Shown: positions 11,764 through 21,717 of the stretch, in pieces
Layout: each line of letters starts with the position of its first letter
How positions within the stretch are numbered: the first letter of the stretch is position 1
DNA from: Acidimicrobiia bacterium
GTDB taxonomy: Bacteria > Actinomycetota > Acidimicrobiia > Spongiisociales > ZC4RG35
DNA length: 64,000 nucleotides
Direction of reading: 5' to 3'
Assembly (NCBI GenBank): GCA_965215185.1
Contig: OZ244034.1
Span: 1,504,001 to 1,568,000 of the forward strand
Notes under the pieces: generated by a model
Told to the model about the DNA's origin: nothing
The model's input: the letters and a program-made list of their open reading frames with translations, nothing else
Databases searched by the model: none
Position numbers and translations under genes: made by a program

Positions 11764-12738
11764 TTACAGGCAGTTGAACCTCTCCTCAATCCGCTGGGGC
11801 AACCGGCTCTCGGCACCCTCGTGCGCCATATGCAAAGCCTTGACGATGGCTGTACTGCGCGCATGCCCATGGGCTATAACCGCGATGCCTTTAGCACCGA
11901 CCAGATGGGCGCCGGCGTGACGATCGTCCAGGAGTTTTCGGCCCTGTTCGGAGAACTGCGGCAACACCTTTTCACCGGCCTCGGGTTCGTTTTCGGCCAG
12001 CATGGAGAAAAAGGCCTTGGCGACCATCACCACCGACGCCTCGACCGTCTTCAAAAAGACATTCCCCGTGAAACCGTCGGTGACGATGACATCCACCACC
12101 CCAGTGGCGAAATCGGTTCCCTCGACGTTTCCCACGAAATTGACCGAGGATTTCCGCAACAGCGCCAACGCTTCTCTTTCCATCTCCCGTCCCTTGGAAT
12201 CCTCCGACCCGTTGTTCAACAGGCCCACCCGCGGATTCTTGATGCCCGCCGTGGTCTCCGCCACCACCGACCCCATCACCGCAAACTCCACCAACTGGCC
12301 GGGACGCACCACCAGATTGGCGCCGGCGTCACACAGCACGGTCGGGTTCCATGGTATGGGCATCAAACTGGCGACAGCCGGCCTGGACACTCCCGGCAAC
12401 CGACCCATCCCCACGGCTGCCACCGCCAGGGAAGCACCCGTCGAACCCGCCGAAACAAATCCCACTACGTCGCCGGAGGACACCAGTTGCCCGCAGACCA
12501 CCACCGAGGAGTCCCGCACCTCACGGATCGCCCTGATCGGAAAATCTCCCATTCCCACCACGGTCGGAGCATGCACGATTGGCAAATTCGCCCCATGGCG
12601 CTCCAATTCCGTCTCAAGGACGGGCCGATTCCCCACCAGCAGAACATCGATTCCGTCAGCGGCAGCCAATACTGCACCCGCCACTGTCTCCCTGGGAGCC
12701 AAATCGCCCCCACCAGCGTCCAGGGCGATGGTTGGCAC
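11764..12738 (-). CDS. plsX: Phosphate acyltransferase PlsX
   Basis: IALDAGGGDLAP, SAGSTGA, GLLNNGSE, VTDGFTGNVFLKT; GTG start overlaps the rpmF stop. Confidence 0.93.
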   Translation of the reverse strand: MPTIALDAGGGDLAPRETVAGAVLAAADGIDVLLVGNRPVLETELERHGANLPIVHAPTVVGMGDFPIRAIREVRDSSVVVCGQLVSSGDVVGFVSAGSTGASLAVAAVGMGRLPGVSRPAVASLMPIPWNPTVLCDAGANLVVRPGQLVEFAVMGSVVAETTAGIKNPRVGLLNNGSEDSKGREMEREALALLRKSSVNFVGNVEGTDFATGVVDVIVTDGFTGNVFLKTVEASVVMVAKAFFSMLAENEPEAGEKVLPQFSEQGRKLLDDRHAGAHLVGAKGIAVIAHGHARSTAIVKALHMAHEGAESRLPQRIEERFNCL

Positions 12739-12914
12739 TATTCGACTTCTATTACTTCCCGTCCTCGATAGCGACCACACTGCCCACAAGCCCGATGAGG
12801 GAGTATGGGAGCATGGCACTGCGGGCACCGGGAAACGGTAGGGAGCTTGACTTTCCAAGCCGCCTTTCTCTGCCTCGTACGCATCTTGGAACTTTTTTTC
12901 TTGGGAACAGCCAT
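12738..12914 (-). CDS. rpmF: 50S ribosomal protein L32 (zinc-binding form, 58 aa; not in ORF track)
   Basis: Hand translation MAVPKKKSSKMRTRQRKAAWKVKLPTVSRCPQCHAPILPHRACGQCGRYRGREVIEVE; AGGAG RBS. Confidence 0.96.
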   Translation of the reverse strand: MAVPKKKSSKMRTRQRKAAWKVKLPTVSRCPQCHAPILPHRACGQCGRYRGREVIEVE

Positions 12915-12926
12915 CTGGCAACTCTC

Positions 12927-13412
12927 CTATAAGAGGTTGGACAGGACAGAAAACGGCGATTGCACGTCTTCGTTTATACATTTGCAGGCCTCTGCGTTCA
13001 AGTGGATTCCGCATCCGGAGCAAATGCCCCTGCAATCCTCTACGCACAGCGGCGCCGTCGGAAAAGAGAGTACCACCTCATCGATAACAATCCCATCCAA
13101 CAGCAGCCACCCGTCCTTGGGAAGGCAATAGCCATCGGAGTCGGGAAGGCGCCTCACCGTCCTCTCGAAAGAGACAACCGCCTCCTGTTCCCACTCCTCC
13201 AGACACCGATAGCAACGCATCCGCGGATCGGCCACTGCCGTTCCACTGATCCGAATCCCATCCTGGTAGCCCTCCAAGAGGATGTCGACACGAGCCTGCG
13301 CAACTTTTACCAGCGGCATTTCCACCATCAGAGGAACAACCCAGCGGCGGCGTTCCCAGCGGCCGGGGCGGTTCAGAAAGTGACTTACCTCCACCTTCAT
13401 TGGGGAACGCAT
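12927..13412 (-). CDS. DUF177/YceD family protein
   Basis: CYRCL and PLCxxDCxGICxxCG motifs; conserved position upstream of rpmF. Confidence 0.9.
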   Translation of the reverse strand: MRSPMKVEVSHFLNRPGRWERRRWVVPLMVEMPLVKVAQARVDILLEGYQDGIRISGTAVADPRMRCYRCLEEWEQEAVVSFERTVRRLPDSDGYCLPKDGWLLLDGIVIDEVVLSFPTAPLCVEDCRGICSGCGIHLNAEACKCINEDVQSPFSVLSNLL

Positions 13413-13945
13413 CAGATGGGAGGGGCCGGACCCGCCGGCCGGGCGCGATGCAACTGAGCCCGAGTGGAGCTGACCCGCGCCGCCAAATCGCCGATCAGGG
13501 TCTCCAACGCCTCCATGACAGCGTCAGCCATGTCCTCTGCCTCCAAGCGGGTTCGCCGGGCCTCCCCCTCCGCCCGCCTCACCAACGCATTGGCTTCCGC
13601 CACCGCCTCGTCCAAAATGTGGGACTGGCTTACCAGACGCCTTGCCTCCGATCTTGCCCGGCTGACGACCTCGTCCGCCTGCCCCTTTGCACGGCGCATG
13701 AAGTTCTCTCGCTCCCGAACCATCCAGCGAGCGGCTCGCAACTCGTCGGGAAGACCTCGCAGCAGTGCGTCGAGACGAGACAGCATCTTCTCCCGGTCAA
13801 GCAGAGCATTCTGGGAAAGGGGAAGGGACCGGGCATGACGGACCTCGTCCATGAGTTCCTCCACCAGCCCAAGCAGGTGCCCCACCGACGAGCGGACGGG
13901 TACCACCTCCGATTGCTGGAGGTGAGGGATCTGCTCATCGCTCAT
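13412..13945 (-). CDS. DivIVA-like coiled-coil protein (SepIVA-like)
   Basis: ARSLPLS...LPDELRAARW then coiled coil; located between coaD and DUF177 as in actinobacteria. Confidence 0.75.
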   Translation of the reverse strand: MSDEQIPHLQQSEVVPVRSSVGHLLGLVEELMDEVRHARSLPLSQNALLDREKMLSRLDALLRGLPDELRAARWMVRERENFMRRAKGQADEVVSRARSEARRLVSQSHILDEAVAEANALVRRAEGEARRTRLEAEDMADAVMEALETLIGDLAARVSSTRAQLHRARPAGPAPPI

Positions 13946-14415
13946 GAATAACGCTCCTTCATTGCTTCAGCGACACTGTCGGGAACCAGCCCTGCCACTG
14001 ATCCTCCCAACGCGGCAACTTCACGGATCAGCGATGAGGACAGAAAGCTCCAGTCCGGACGGGTGGGCATGAACATGGTCTCTATTCCTCCCACTGTCTG
14101 GTTCATCTGAGCCATCTGCAACTCGCTATCGAAATCGCTCACCGCCCGCAGCCCCTTGACCAGCACCTGCGCTCCCTCTCGGCGGGCGAAGTCCACCAGC
14201 AGTCCCTGATAGTGGCGGACCACCACCTGGGGGAGATCGGAAAGAGCCCCCTGCAGGAAGGCCACCCTTTCCTCCAAGGTAAAGAGGGACTGCTTGGAAG
14301 GGTTGATGACCACTCCCACCACTACTTCATCAAACAGCAGGGCACATCGGCGGATGACATCCAGATGCCCGCTGGTTGGTGGATCGAAACTCCCGGGACA
14401 GAGCGCAATCGTCAT
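13942..14415 (-). CDS. coaD: Phosphopantetheine adenylyltransferase
   Basis: PGSFDPPTSGH, KGLRAVSDFDSELQMA, SSSLIREVA. Confidence 0.97.
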   Translation of the reverse strand: MTIALCPGSFDPPTSGHLDVIRRCALLFDEVVVGVVINPSKQSLFTLEERVAFLQGALSDLPQVVVRHYQGLLVDFARREGAQVLVKGLRAVSDFDSELQMAQMNQTVGGIETMFMPTRPDWSFLSSSLIREVAALGGSVAGLVPDSVAEAMKERYS

Positions 14416-14418
14416 CCT

Positions 14419-14967
14419 TCACTCCTTGAGATATCTGATAATTTGGGCATCACCGTGACGACGTTGGTCAGCGATCTTCAGCCCGTGGACCATCGGAGTA
14501 TCGTCGCCCGCTCGGCGGGTGACGACCGCGACGGCCCCCGGGTTCATCCGACTTGAAACTCTCGCAAGTATTCCGGCCAGTTCCCCCGATGATATATCCC
14601 AAGGCGGGTCAGCAAAGACTATATCGAACCCGGGCCCGGGAAGATCGTCGAGCAGGTACCGCTCCACCCGGGCAGCAACCACCCGGGCCTCATCTGTGAT
14701 TCCCAACGACTCGAGGTTGGAACGCAGCGCCTCCAAGGCCGGACGGGACCTTTCCACGAACACCGCCGATCTGCCTCCTCTACTCAGCGCTTCGATGCCA
14801 AAACTCCCCGAACCGGCGTACAGGTCCAGGACACGAGCTTCTCTTACCCTCATCCCCAGCGTCGAAAACACCGATTCGCGAACCCTACCGGTGGCCGGTC
14901 GGGTACCCGGACCCGGCGGGGTCCTGAGCATGCGTCCCCGGTGTTCTCCGCCGATCACCCTAATCAT
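14419..14967 (-). CDS. rsmD: 16S rRNA m2G966 methyltransferase
   Basis: RVIGGEHRGR, TRP...RESVF, LDLYAGSG, DPPW; ATG overlaps the recG stop. Confidence 0.93.
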   Translation of the reverse strand: MIRVIGGEHRGRMLRTPPGPGTRPATGRVRESVFSTLGMRVREARVLDLYAGSGSFGIEALSRGGRSAVFVERSRPALEALRSNLESLGITDEARVVAARVERYLLDDLPGPGFDIVFADPPWDISSGELAGILARVSSRMNPGAVAVVTRRAGDDTPMVHGLKIADQRRHGDAQIIRYLKE

Positions 14968-17234
14968 GAGTCGAACAACCACTTCACATCCTCGCCCAGG
15001 ATGGTCACCAACTCCTCCTCCAGATCGGGATGTCTTTGCAGACCAGGGTCGGACCGGATCAGATCGTCGGCGGCTTTCTTGGCTCTCTGAAGCGTCCAAC
15101 GGTCCCTGAGAATGTCCGCCAGTTTGAGATCCCCCATACCCGACTGCCGGGCCCCGAACACCGTGCCCTGTCCCCTGATCCTCAGATCTTCCTCGGCCAA
15201 CTCCAAGCCGTTGGTGGTGCGGGCCATGGCCTTCATGCGTCTCTCAGAAGCCGGGGTGGCAGGATCGGCAACCAGCAGACACAGACCGGCATGCTTTCCC
15301 CGACCCACCCGGCCCCGCAACTGGTGGAGCTGAGAGAGCCCGAAACGCTGAGCGTCGGTGATCACCATCACCGTGGCGTTGGGGATGTCGATTCCCACCT
15401 CTATGACGGTGGTGCTGATCAAAATATCGGTTTCCCCGGAACGGAAGCGGGCCATGATCTCTTCCTTCTCAGCGCTCGAAAGCTGTCCATGCATCCGATC
15501 GATCACCAGATCGGGAAGAGTCGACCTCATCTCCTGGTGCTGGGTAGCGACCGACCGCACTTCCAGCTTCTCGCTGTCATCGATAAGTGGACAGATCACA
15601 AAGGCCTGCCTACCTTTGCTCACTTCCTTTCTGATCGCCCGGTAAACGACCTCCAGCCCCTGCGGGTCGTCTTTGACCACCCGGGTCTTGACCGGGGAAC
15701 GCCCGGGGGGCATCTCATCTATTTCGGACAGGACCAGATCCCCGTAGAGAGTCATCGACAGAGTGCGGGGAATGGGGGTGGCGGTCATGATCAGCAGGTC
15801 AGGCTGGCGACCCGCCGCCTTGTGTTTGAGGGTGTTTCTCTGAGAGACTCCGAAACGATGCTGCTCGTCCACCACCGCCACCCCCAGCCGTTGAAAACGG
15901 ACTCCCTCTTGAATCAGAGAATGGGTGCCCACCACGATTTGGGCTTCGCCACTCGCCACATCCTCTTTCACCTGAGCCCGGTGGGGAGTGTCCGAATAGT
16001 TGGCGGACGCTCGAGAAGAGGTGAGCAGCGCCACCCGCACGGTCACATCTGCTGCGGCGTCAAACAACGATCCCATGCGATGACCGCCTGCGTCGGACCG
16101 GGCCACGGGCGGAGACAGACCGGCCTGGCTGAGCATCTCCCGCAGCACCATGTAGAGCTGTTCGGCCAGCACTTCGGTGGGCGCCATTATGGCGGCCTGG
16201 TTGCCTGATCCCACCCCGGCCAGCAAGGTGACCAGCGCCACCACCGTCTTGCCGGATCCCACCTCCCCCTGCAACATCCGGTGCATGGGGCGGGGACCGG
16301 CCATATCCTTCGCTATCTCGTCCAACACCCTCTCCTGGGCGCTGGTCAGATCGTAGGGAAGGCCCCCCAAGAAGGTGTCAACCAGGGGGCAGGCCATTAT
16401 CTGGGGAATTCCCTCCTGCTCCTCCACCAGCCGGTGGCGGGTGAGCGCCAAAGCCAGTTGGATGCGGAACAGTTCATCGAACACCAACCTCCGGCGGCCC
16501 TCGGCGGCCTTCTCCATGCTGTCTGGAAAGTGAATGTTGGCAAAGGCTTGATCCCGGTCGACAAAGCCGTCGCGCTCCAGAACCCACCGGGGCACGGGGT
16601 CGTCTATAGGCCTGGCCCGCTGGAGGGCATTGCGCATCGCCATTCTGATTCGCGCTGGGGTCATCTCCCCTACCGCCGAGTGCACCGGCACTACTTTCCC
16701 CCGGAAGTCCTCTTCCCCGGGTTCCATCACCTCCACATCGGGATTGGTTATTTGCGGCCGGCCCCGAAAGACGGTCACCTTCCCCGAAAAGGCGGCGATG
16801 GTTCCCGGTTGCAGTTGTCGACTGCGATAGGGCTGATTGAAGAAGGTGACTTCCATGCGCCGGATAGGACCAAGCACCATGTCAGGTTTCGATCCCGGGG
16901 GGACGGAGTCTTGGATCGTCACCCTCAGCACCTCCCTTGGGCCCCGTCGGCCAGAACCCTTGGGCCGGTAGACGCTCACCACCTCGGCGATGACCGTGGC
17001 CTCAACGTCGACAGCCAGCCCGGCGATCGGCGCCACCAGAGTGCGATCCTGATATCGGTGAGGAAAGTGCTGAAGCAGGTCGGCAACCGAGCAGATGCCC
17101 CCCTTGGTCAGTATCCCTGCCTGGCGGGATCCGATATACCGGACCCGCTCCACACCCACTCCGTGCAGATAGGCCAGGCTTCGACCCGATCGGGAAGCAG
17201 GTGGGGGCCCTTTGGCGGGTTCGTGGATACTCAC
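14964..17234 (-). CDS. recG: ATP-dependent DNA helicase RecG
   Basis: OB wedge domain, [38 protein letters not shown]. Confidence 0.97.
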   Translation of the reverse strand: MSIHEPAKGPPPASRSGRSLAYLHGVGVERVRYIGSRQAGILTKGGICSVADLLQHFPHRYQDRTLVAPIAGLAVDVEATVIAEVVSVYRPKGSGRRGPREVLRVTIQDSVPPGSKPDMVLGPIRRMEVTFFNQPYRSRQLQPGTIAAFSGKVTVFRGRPQITNPDVEVMEPGEEDFRGKVVPVHSAVGEMTPARIRMAMRNALQRARPIDDPVPRWVLERDGFVDRDQAFANIHFPDSMEKAAEGRRRLVFDELFRIQLALALTRHRLVEEQEGIPQIMACPLVDTFLGGLPYDLTSAQERVLDEIAKDMAGPRPMHRMLQGEVGSGKTVVALVTLLAGVGSGNQAAIMAPTEVLAEQLYMVLREMLSQAGLSPPVARSDAGGHRMGSLFDAAADVTVRVALLTSSRASANYSDTPHRAQVKEDVASGEAQIVVGTHSLIQEGVRFQRLGVAVVDEQHRFGVSQRNTLKHKAAGRQPDLLIMTATPIPRTLSMTLYGDLVLSEIDEMPPGRSPVKTRVVKDDPQGLEVVYRAIRKEVSKGRQAFVICPLIDDSEKLEVRSVATQHQEMRSTLPDLVIDRMHGQLSSAEKEEIMARFRSGETDILISTTVIEVGIDIPNATVMVITDAQRFGLSQLHQLRGRVGRGKHAGLCLLVADPATPASERRMKAMARTTNGLELAEEDLRIRGQGTVFGARQSGMGDLKLADILRDRWTLQRAKKAADDLIRSDPGLQRHPDLEEELVTILGEDVKWLFDS

Positions 17235-17262
17235 TGGCCGGCGCGGTTCGTCATGTGCTTAC

Positions 17263-17310
17263 AAGGTTTACTATTCTTTGGCGCAGAAGGTCTACTATTC
17301 TTTGGCGCAG
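17263..17310 (+). repeat. 24-bp tandem duplication in the divergent recG/rpmB promoter region
   Basis: AAGGTTTACTATTCTTTGGCGCAG followed by AAGGTCTACTATTCTTTGGCGCAG (23/24 identical); each copy has a TACTAT -10-like hexamer. Confidence 0.9.
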
Positions 17311-17320
17311 GAGGACATCC

Positions 17321-17509
17321 ATGGCGTACAAATGTGAGGTTTGCGGGCGCAAACCGTCTTTCGGAAAGACCGTGACCTTTTCTCATAAACGAAACAACCG
17401 TCGGTGGCGACCCAACATACAGCGGGTGCGCGTTCGCCGAGGGTCCAATACCCGCCGAGCCCGAGTTTGCACCTCCTGCATCAAAGCAGGAAAGGTGGAA
17501 AAGGTCTGA
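17321..17509 (+). CDS. rpmB: 50S ribosomal protein L28 (zinc-binding form)
   Basis: [15 protein letters not shown]...SH...RRWRPNIQ...CTSCIK; AGGAGG RBS. Confidence 0.97.
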   Translation: MAYKCEVCGRKPSFGKTVTFSHKRNNRRWRPNIQRVRVRRGSNTRRARVCTSCIKAGKVEKV

Positions 17510-17513
17510 GGTC

Positions 17514-17726
17514 GTGCAGGGAGTGGTCAAGACCTACGATCCCGACACAGGGGTCGGAGTGATCATCTGCGATAACGACCGTAGTCCTGTTCTATTGCGA
17601 CCAGGCTCCCTAAATGGCTCCATTTTCCGTTTTCTCCGCCAGGGTCAGCGGATCGTTTTTGAAACGAGTCAGGATGGAGAACACTCATTTGCCCACACCA
17701 TAAGGATGGGGCAAGACGGATACTGA
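17514..17726 (+). CDS. Cold-shock-domain-like small OB-fold protein
   Basis: MQGVVKTYDPDTGVG...LRQGQRIVF, actinobacterial CSD-like pattern. Confidence 0.75.
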   Translation: MQGVVKTYDPDTGVGVIICDNDRSPVLLRPGSLNGSIFRFLRQGQRIVFETSQDGEHSFAHTIRMGQDGY

Positions 17727-17742
17727 TCTACAAGGAGGACAA

Positions 17743-17976
17743 GTGGCAACCGCGTACATACTGATTCAGACCGAGGTAGGAAAAGCCCAGCAGGTGGCGC
17801 GGAATGTGCGTTCCATCACCGGGGTGACCGAGGCCGAGAACGTCACCGGACCTTACGATGTGGTGGTGAGGGTGGAGGCTCCCGATGTGGACGGATTGGG
17901 ACGGCTGGTGGTGTCCGAAATCCAGATGCTGACCGGAATAACCCGCACTCTTACCTGCCCGGTGGTGCACCTCTGA
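17743..17976 (+). CDS. Lrp/AsnC ligand-binding-domain protein
   Basis: AYILIQTEVG...VTGPYDVV...GITRTLTCPV; AAGGAGG RBS. Confidence 0.9.
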   Translation: MATAYILIQTEVGKAQQVARNVRSITGVTEAENVTGPYDVVVRVEAPDVDGLGRLVVSEIQMLTGITRTLTCPVVHL

Positions 17977-18002
17977 ACCAAAACCCCCATTTCTCGCGAA
18001 CT

Positions 18003-20762
18003 GTGACAGATGTGGATCAAGTATCCGGTAACACCGATCTAGACAATCAAGCCAGGATGTTGCGCAACGACATCCGACGACTGGGGAACCAACTGGGGGA
18101 AACCCTGGTCCGCCAACAGGGAGAGGAACTGTTGGAGATGGTGGAGGCAGTGAGGGCGGTGGAGAAGGCCATTCGCTACCGGGAGGAGACCCAGGCGGTA
18201 CAGCAACTCGACGACCTGTTGGCCGGACTCGACCTGCACCAGGCCATGAACCTGGCCCGGGCTTTCAGCACATATTTTTATCTGGCCAACGTAGCCGAGC
18301 AGGTTCATCGCGTCGATTACCTGGCCTCCCAGGGCGATGAGCGGCTGTTGGAAAGAACCATCGACCGCATACTGGATAGTGACTGCGATCCTTCGATCAT
18401 CCAAGAGGTGGCCTCCCGGCTGGAGTGGCGGCCGGTGTTTACCGCTCACCCGACCGAGGCGGCCCGCAGGAGCCTGCTCACCAAGCAGAAGGCTCTGTCA
18501 GAACTGCTGCTGGAGCGAAACGATCCCCGGGCGGGACCTGCCCAGCACGCCCTGGTGGACCGTCGCACCGCAGAGTTGATCGATCAGATGTGGCAGACCG
18601 ACGAATTGCGGGGGGTGAAGCCCCTCCCCAGGGACGAGGCCGCAGCGGTGCTCTACTACCTGAACGATCTTTTCGCCGAAGTGCTTCCCGATCTGGGAGA
18701 CAAGATCCATCAGCAGTTTTCCCGGCTGGGTATCGGACACCGTGATCGCCAACCCATCCGGTTCGGCACCTGGGTGGGAGGAGATCGCGACGGAAATCCC
18801 TACATCACCCCCGAAGTCACCATGGATGTGCTCGAATGGCAACACCGCCAAGGTTTGCGCAACCTGGTGACGGCAGTGGAAAAACTGGCGTCCGAACTCT
18901 CCGTCTCCAGCCTCATCCAGGAGATCTCCGAAGAGTTGGTGGCTGAACTGGAGGGGGACAAGGTCATCCTTCCCGAGGTTTGGAAGCGTTTCCGCCGCCT
19001 CAATGCCACCGAGCCTTACCGTCTCAAGCTCTCCTTTATCCACCAGCGGCTCCACAACACCCTGACACGCTTGCAGGACGGGTCTCGCCATGTTCGGGGC
19101 GCTGATTATGCTCATCCCCGGCAACTCCTGGCCGAGTTGCATGTGATGGAATCCTCATTGCGGGCCAACTCCGGTGAGTTGATCGCCGACGGGGCGCTGG
19201 CTCGGCTGACCCGCAATGTGATGATCTTTGGGTTTTCCCTGGCCGTGATGGACATCCGAGAACACGCCGACCACCATCACATGGCCCTGACCAAGCTGTA
19301 TGAACCGCTGTCCATCGATTACCCCTCCCTGAATCGGGAAGAGCGCACTCGGCTGCTCTCCGAAGAGCTCTCCAACCCACGACCATTGGCCACCGCCGCC
19401 ACCAAACTGGGTGACCAGGCGGATGCGGTCCTCGACACCTTCCACACCGTGCGCAGGGCGCTTGACCGGTTCGGACCGGAAGTGATCGAAAGTTACATCA
19501 TCTCGATGACCCAGGGTCCCGACGATATCCTGGCCGCCGCCGCCCTGGCCCGGGAAGCGGGTCTGATTGATCTTCACCGGGGCGTCGCTCGCCTGGGCTT
19601 TGTGCCTCTTCTGGAGACCATCACCGAATTGCGGTCCGCCCCCGAGATCCTGGACCGGTTGCTCTCCGATAACGCCTATCGCCGGCTGGTCAGTCTGCGT
19701 GGCGATTTGCAGGAGGTGATGCTTGGGTATTCCGATTCCAGCAAACACGGTGGGATCACCACTTCCCAGTGGGAGATATATCAGGCCCAGGAAAAGCTGG
19801 GGGATGTGACGCAGCGGCATGGCGTGCGTCTCCTGCTGTTTCACGGGCGGGGCGGTACTGTCGGCCGGGGTGGGGGGCCCACGCACAGCGCGATACTGGC
19901 CCAACCCGCCGGGATGGTAAACGGATCGGTGAAGGTGACAGAGCAGGGTGAGGTGATCTCCGACAAATACGGGCTCCCCGCCCTGGCGGATCGCAACCTG
20001 GAACTGGCCCTATCTTCAGTCTTGGAGGCGTCCCTGCTCCACACCATCCAACATCACTCTCCGGCCCGACGCCAGATGTGGTACAAAGCTATGGACCTGG
20101 TGTCGGGGGAGAGCTTTGCCCGTTACCGGAATCTGGTGGAGGTCGACGGGCTGGTCGACTATTTCCTGTCCTCCACCCCCGTTGAGGAATTGACTCACCT
20201 CAACATCGGCTCCCGCCCGGCCCGGCGACCCGGTGGGGGGAAGGCGGAACTGGAGAGCATGAGAGCGATTCCCTGGGTGTTCGGATGGACGCAGTCCCGC
20301 CAGAATGTTCCCGGCTGGTACGGCCTGGGATCGGGCCTGGCAGCCGCTCGGCGGGCCGGACTCACCGAGACCCTCCAAGACGCCTACCGAAACTGGTCGT
20401 TCCTGGCCACCTTCATCTCCAATGTGGAAATGACCCTCTTCAAGACCGACCTGGATGTGGCCGGCCGCTACGTATCGGCGCTGGTCGATCCCCGTCATCA
20501 CCACATCTTCGAGGTGATCAAAGAGGAACATCAACGCACCACCGAGGAACTGCGGCTCCTCACCGGTGGGGCGCTTTTGTCTTCGAGCCCCGTGCTGCGC
20601 CGAACGCTGGAAGTACGGGACATCTACTTGGATCCCCTCAGCTTCCTGCAGGTGGCGCTTCTCAAGAGATCCCGCTCCCAAGACTTTGCTGACCCCCTCT
20701 TGCAACGTGCGCTGCTGATTACCGTCAACGGCATCGCAGCCGGAATGCGCAACACCGGATGA
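18003..20762 (+). CDS. ppc: Phosphoenolpyruvate carboxylase
   Basis: VFTAHPTE, WVGGDRDGNP, VMLGYSDSSK, FHGRGGTVGRGGGP, RAIPWVFGW, C-terminal MRNTG. Confidence 0.98.
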   Translation: MTDVDQVSGNTDLDNQARMLRNDIRRLGNQLGETLVRQQGEELLEMVEAVRAVEKAIRYREETQAVQQLDDLLAGLDLHQAMNLARAFSTYFYLANVAEQVHRVDYLASQGDERLLERTIDRILDSDCDPSIIQEVASRLEWRPVFTAHPTEAARRSLLTKQKALSELLLERNDPRAGPAQHALVDRRTAELIDQMWQTDELRGVKPLPRDEAAAVLYYLNDLFAEVLPDLGDKIHQQFSRLGIGHRDRQPIRFGTWVGGDRDGNPYITPEVTMDVLEWQHRQGLRNLVTAVEKLASELSVSSLIQEISEELVAELEGDKVILPEVWKRFRRLNATEPYRLKLSFIHQRLHNTLTRLQDGSRHVRGADYAHPRQLLAELHVMESSLRANSGELIADGALARLTRNVMIFGFSLAVMDIREHADHHHMALTKLYEPLSIDYPSLNREERTRLLSEELSNPRPLATAATKLGDQADAVLDTFHTVRRALDRFGPEVIESYIISMTQGPDDILAAAALAREAGLIDLHRGVARLGFVPLLETITELRSAPEILDRLLSDNAYRRLVSLRGDLQEVMLGYSDSSKHGGITTSQWEIYQAQEKLGDVTQRHGVRLLLFHGRGGTVGRGGGPTHSAILAQPAGMVNGSVKVTEQGEVISDKYGLPALADRNLELALSSVLEASLLHTIQHHSPARRQMWYKAMDLVSGESFARYRNLVEVDGLVDYFLSSTPVEELTHLNIGSRPARRPGGGKAELESMRAIPWVFGWTQSRQNVPGWYGLGSGLAAARRAGLTETLQDAYRNWSFLATFISNVEMTLFKTDLDVAGRYVSALVDPRHHHIFEVIKEEHQRTTEELRLLTGGALLSSSPVLRRTLEVRDIYLDPLSFLQVALLKRSRSQDFADPLLQRALLITVNGIAAGMRNTG

Positions 20763-20784
20763 TCGAGAAAGTAGCAGCCCGAAC

Positions 20785-21420
20785 ATGAAATCTTCCAACC
20801 TCACAGTGGTAAAACACCCTCTGGTTATCCATTATCTGACCGTCCTGCGCGATGTTCGCACTCCCATTCGAGAATATCGGGAGGCGACCCGCAAACTCAC
20901 CTGGCTCCTGGTTGCCGAGGCGGTTGCCGATCTGCCGTTGACCGCCCTGGAGATCGAAACACCCATGGAGAGCGGGTTTGTCGGCGGGCGGCTAGGGAAA
21001 CCAACCGTCCTGGCGGCCGTCCTGCGAGCCGGCCTGGGCATGCTGGAAGGCGCTCTCGACCTCCTGGGAGACTCCACCGTCGGCTACATCGGCCTGCAGC
21101 GGGATGAGCAGACCGTGCGGCCGGTCGGCTATTACACCAAGCTCCCCACCCTCCACGGCGCCCGGACGCTGGTGCTCGAACCCATGCTGGCCACTGGTGG
21201 TTCCCTGGCCAAGGCTGTTGACCTTGTCAAAGCAGAAGGCGCTGACGACGTCGCCGCGGTGTGCATCGTCACCTGCCCCGAAGGGGTGGAGACCATGGCC
21301 AGGCGCCATCCGGACACTACGGTCTTCACCGCGGGTCACGACCGGGAACTGGACCCCAGAAGCTACATCCTTCCCGGACTGGGAGACATGGGAGACCGAC
21401 TATTCGGAACTCCCCACTAG
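20785..21420 (+). CDS. upp: Uracil phosphoribosyltransferase
   Basis: VLRAGLGM, PMLATGGS, YILPGLGDMGDRLFGT. Confidence 0.96.
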   Translation: MKSSNLTVVKHPLVIHYLTVLRDVRTPIREYREATRKLTWLLVAEAVADLPLTALEIETPMESGFVGGRLGKPTVLAAVLRAGLGMLEGALDLLGDSTVGYIGLQRDEQTVRPVGYYTKLPTLHGARTLVLEPMLATGGSLAKAVDLVKAEGADDVAAVCIVTCPEGVETMARRHPDTTVFTAGHDRELDPRSYILPGLGDMGDRLFGTPH

Positions 21421-21425
21421 ATGTG

Positions 21426-21704
21426 ATGTGCCATACGCCGGATTTCGAGCAGGCCGTATTGGGAGTGCTGGCGGACCTGCCCGAGGGGCAGGTGATCAGC
21501 TACGGGGAACTGGCCGCAGCAGCCGCTCATAGCGGCGCGGCCCGGGCAGTGGGAAATCTCTTGAAGACCACCGCCGAAGCGGTCCCATGGTGGAGAGTGA
21601 TAAGAGCCGATGGCCGTCTGGCGGCCCCCGATGTCGGCCGCCAGACGGCGAAACTGCGGGACGAGGGAGTGCTGGTTCGAAATGGTCGACTGGCCCGGCG
21701 ATGA
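21426..21704 (+). CDS. Alkyltransferase-like (ATL/MGMT-family) protein
   Basis: SYGELA, AARAVG, PWWRV (Trp in place of the catalytic Cys). Confidence 0.88.
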   Translation: MCHTPDFEQAVLGVLADLPEGQVISYGELAAAAAHSGAARAVGNLLKTTAEAVPWWRVIRADGRLAAPDVGRQTAKLRDEGVLVRNGRLARR

Positions 21705-21717
21705 GGATTCGACCGTG

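Noticed and set aside
12739-13047. 427-aa PlsX ORF with a long N-terminal extension
   Set aside because: The extension overlaps the real rpmF and DUF177 genes; PlsX homology starts at 12738.
17263-17310. 24-bp repeats as a mini CRISPR array
   Set aside because: The copies are directly adjacent with no spacer, and there are no cas genes.
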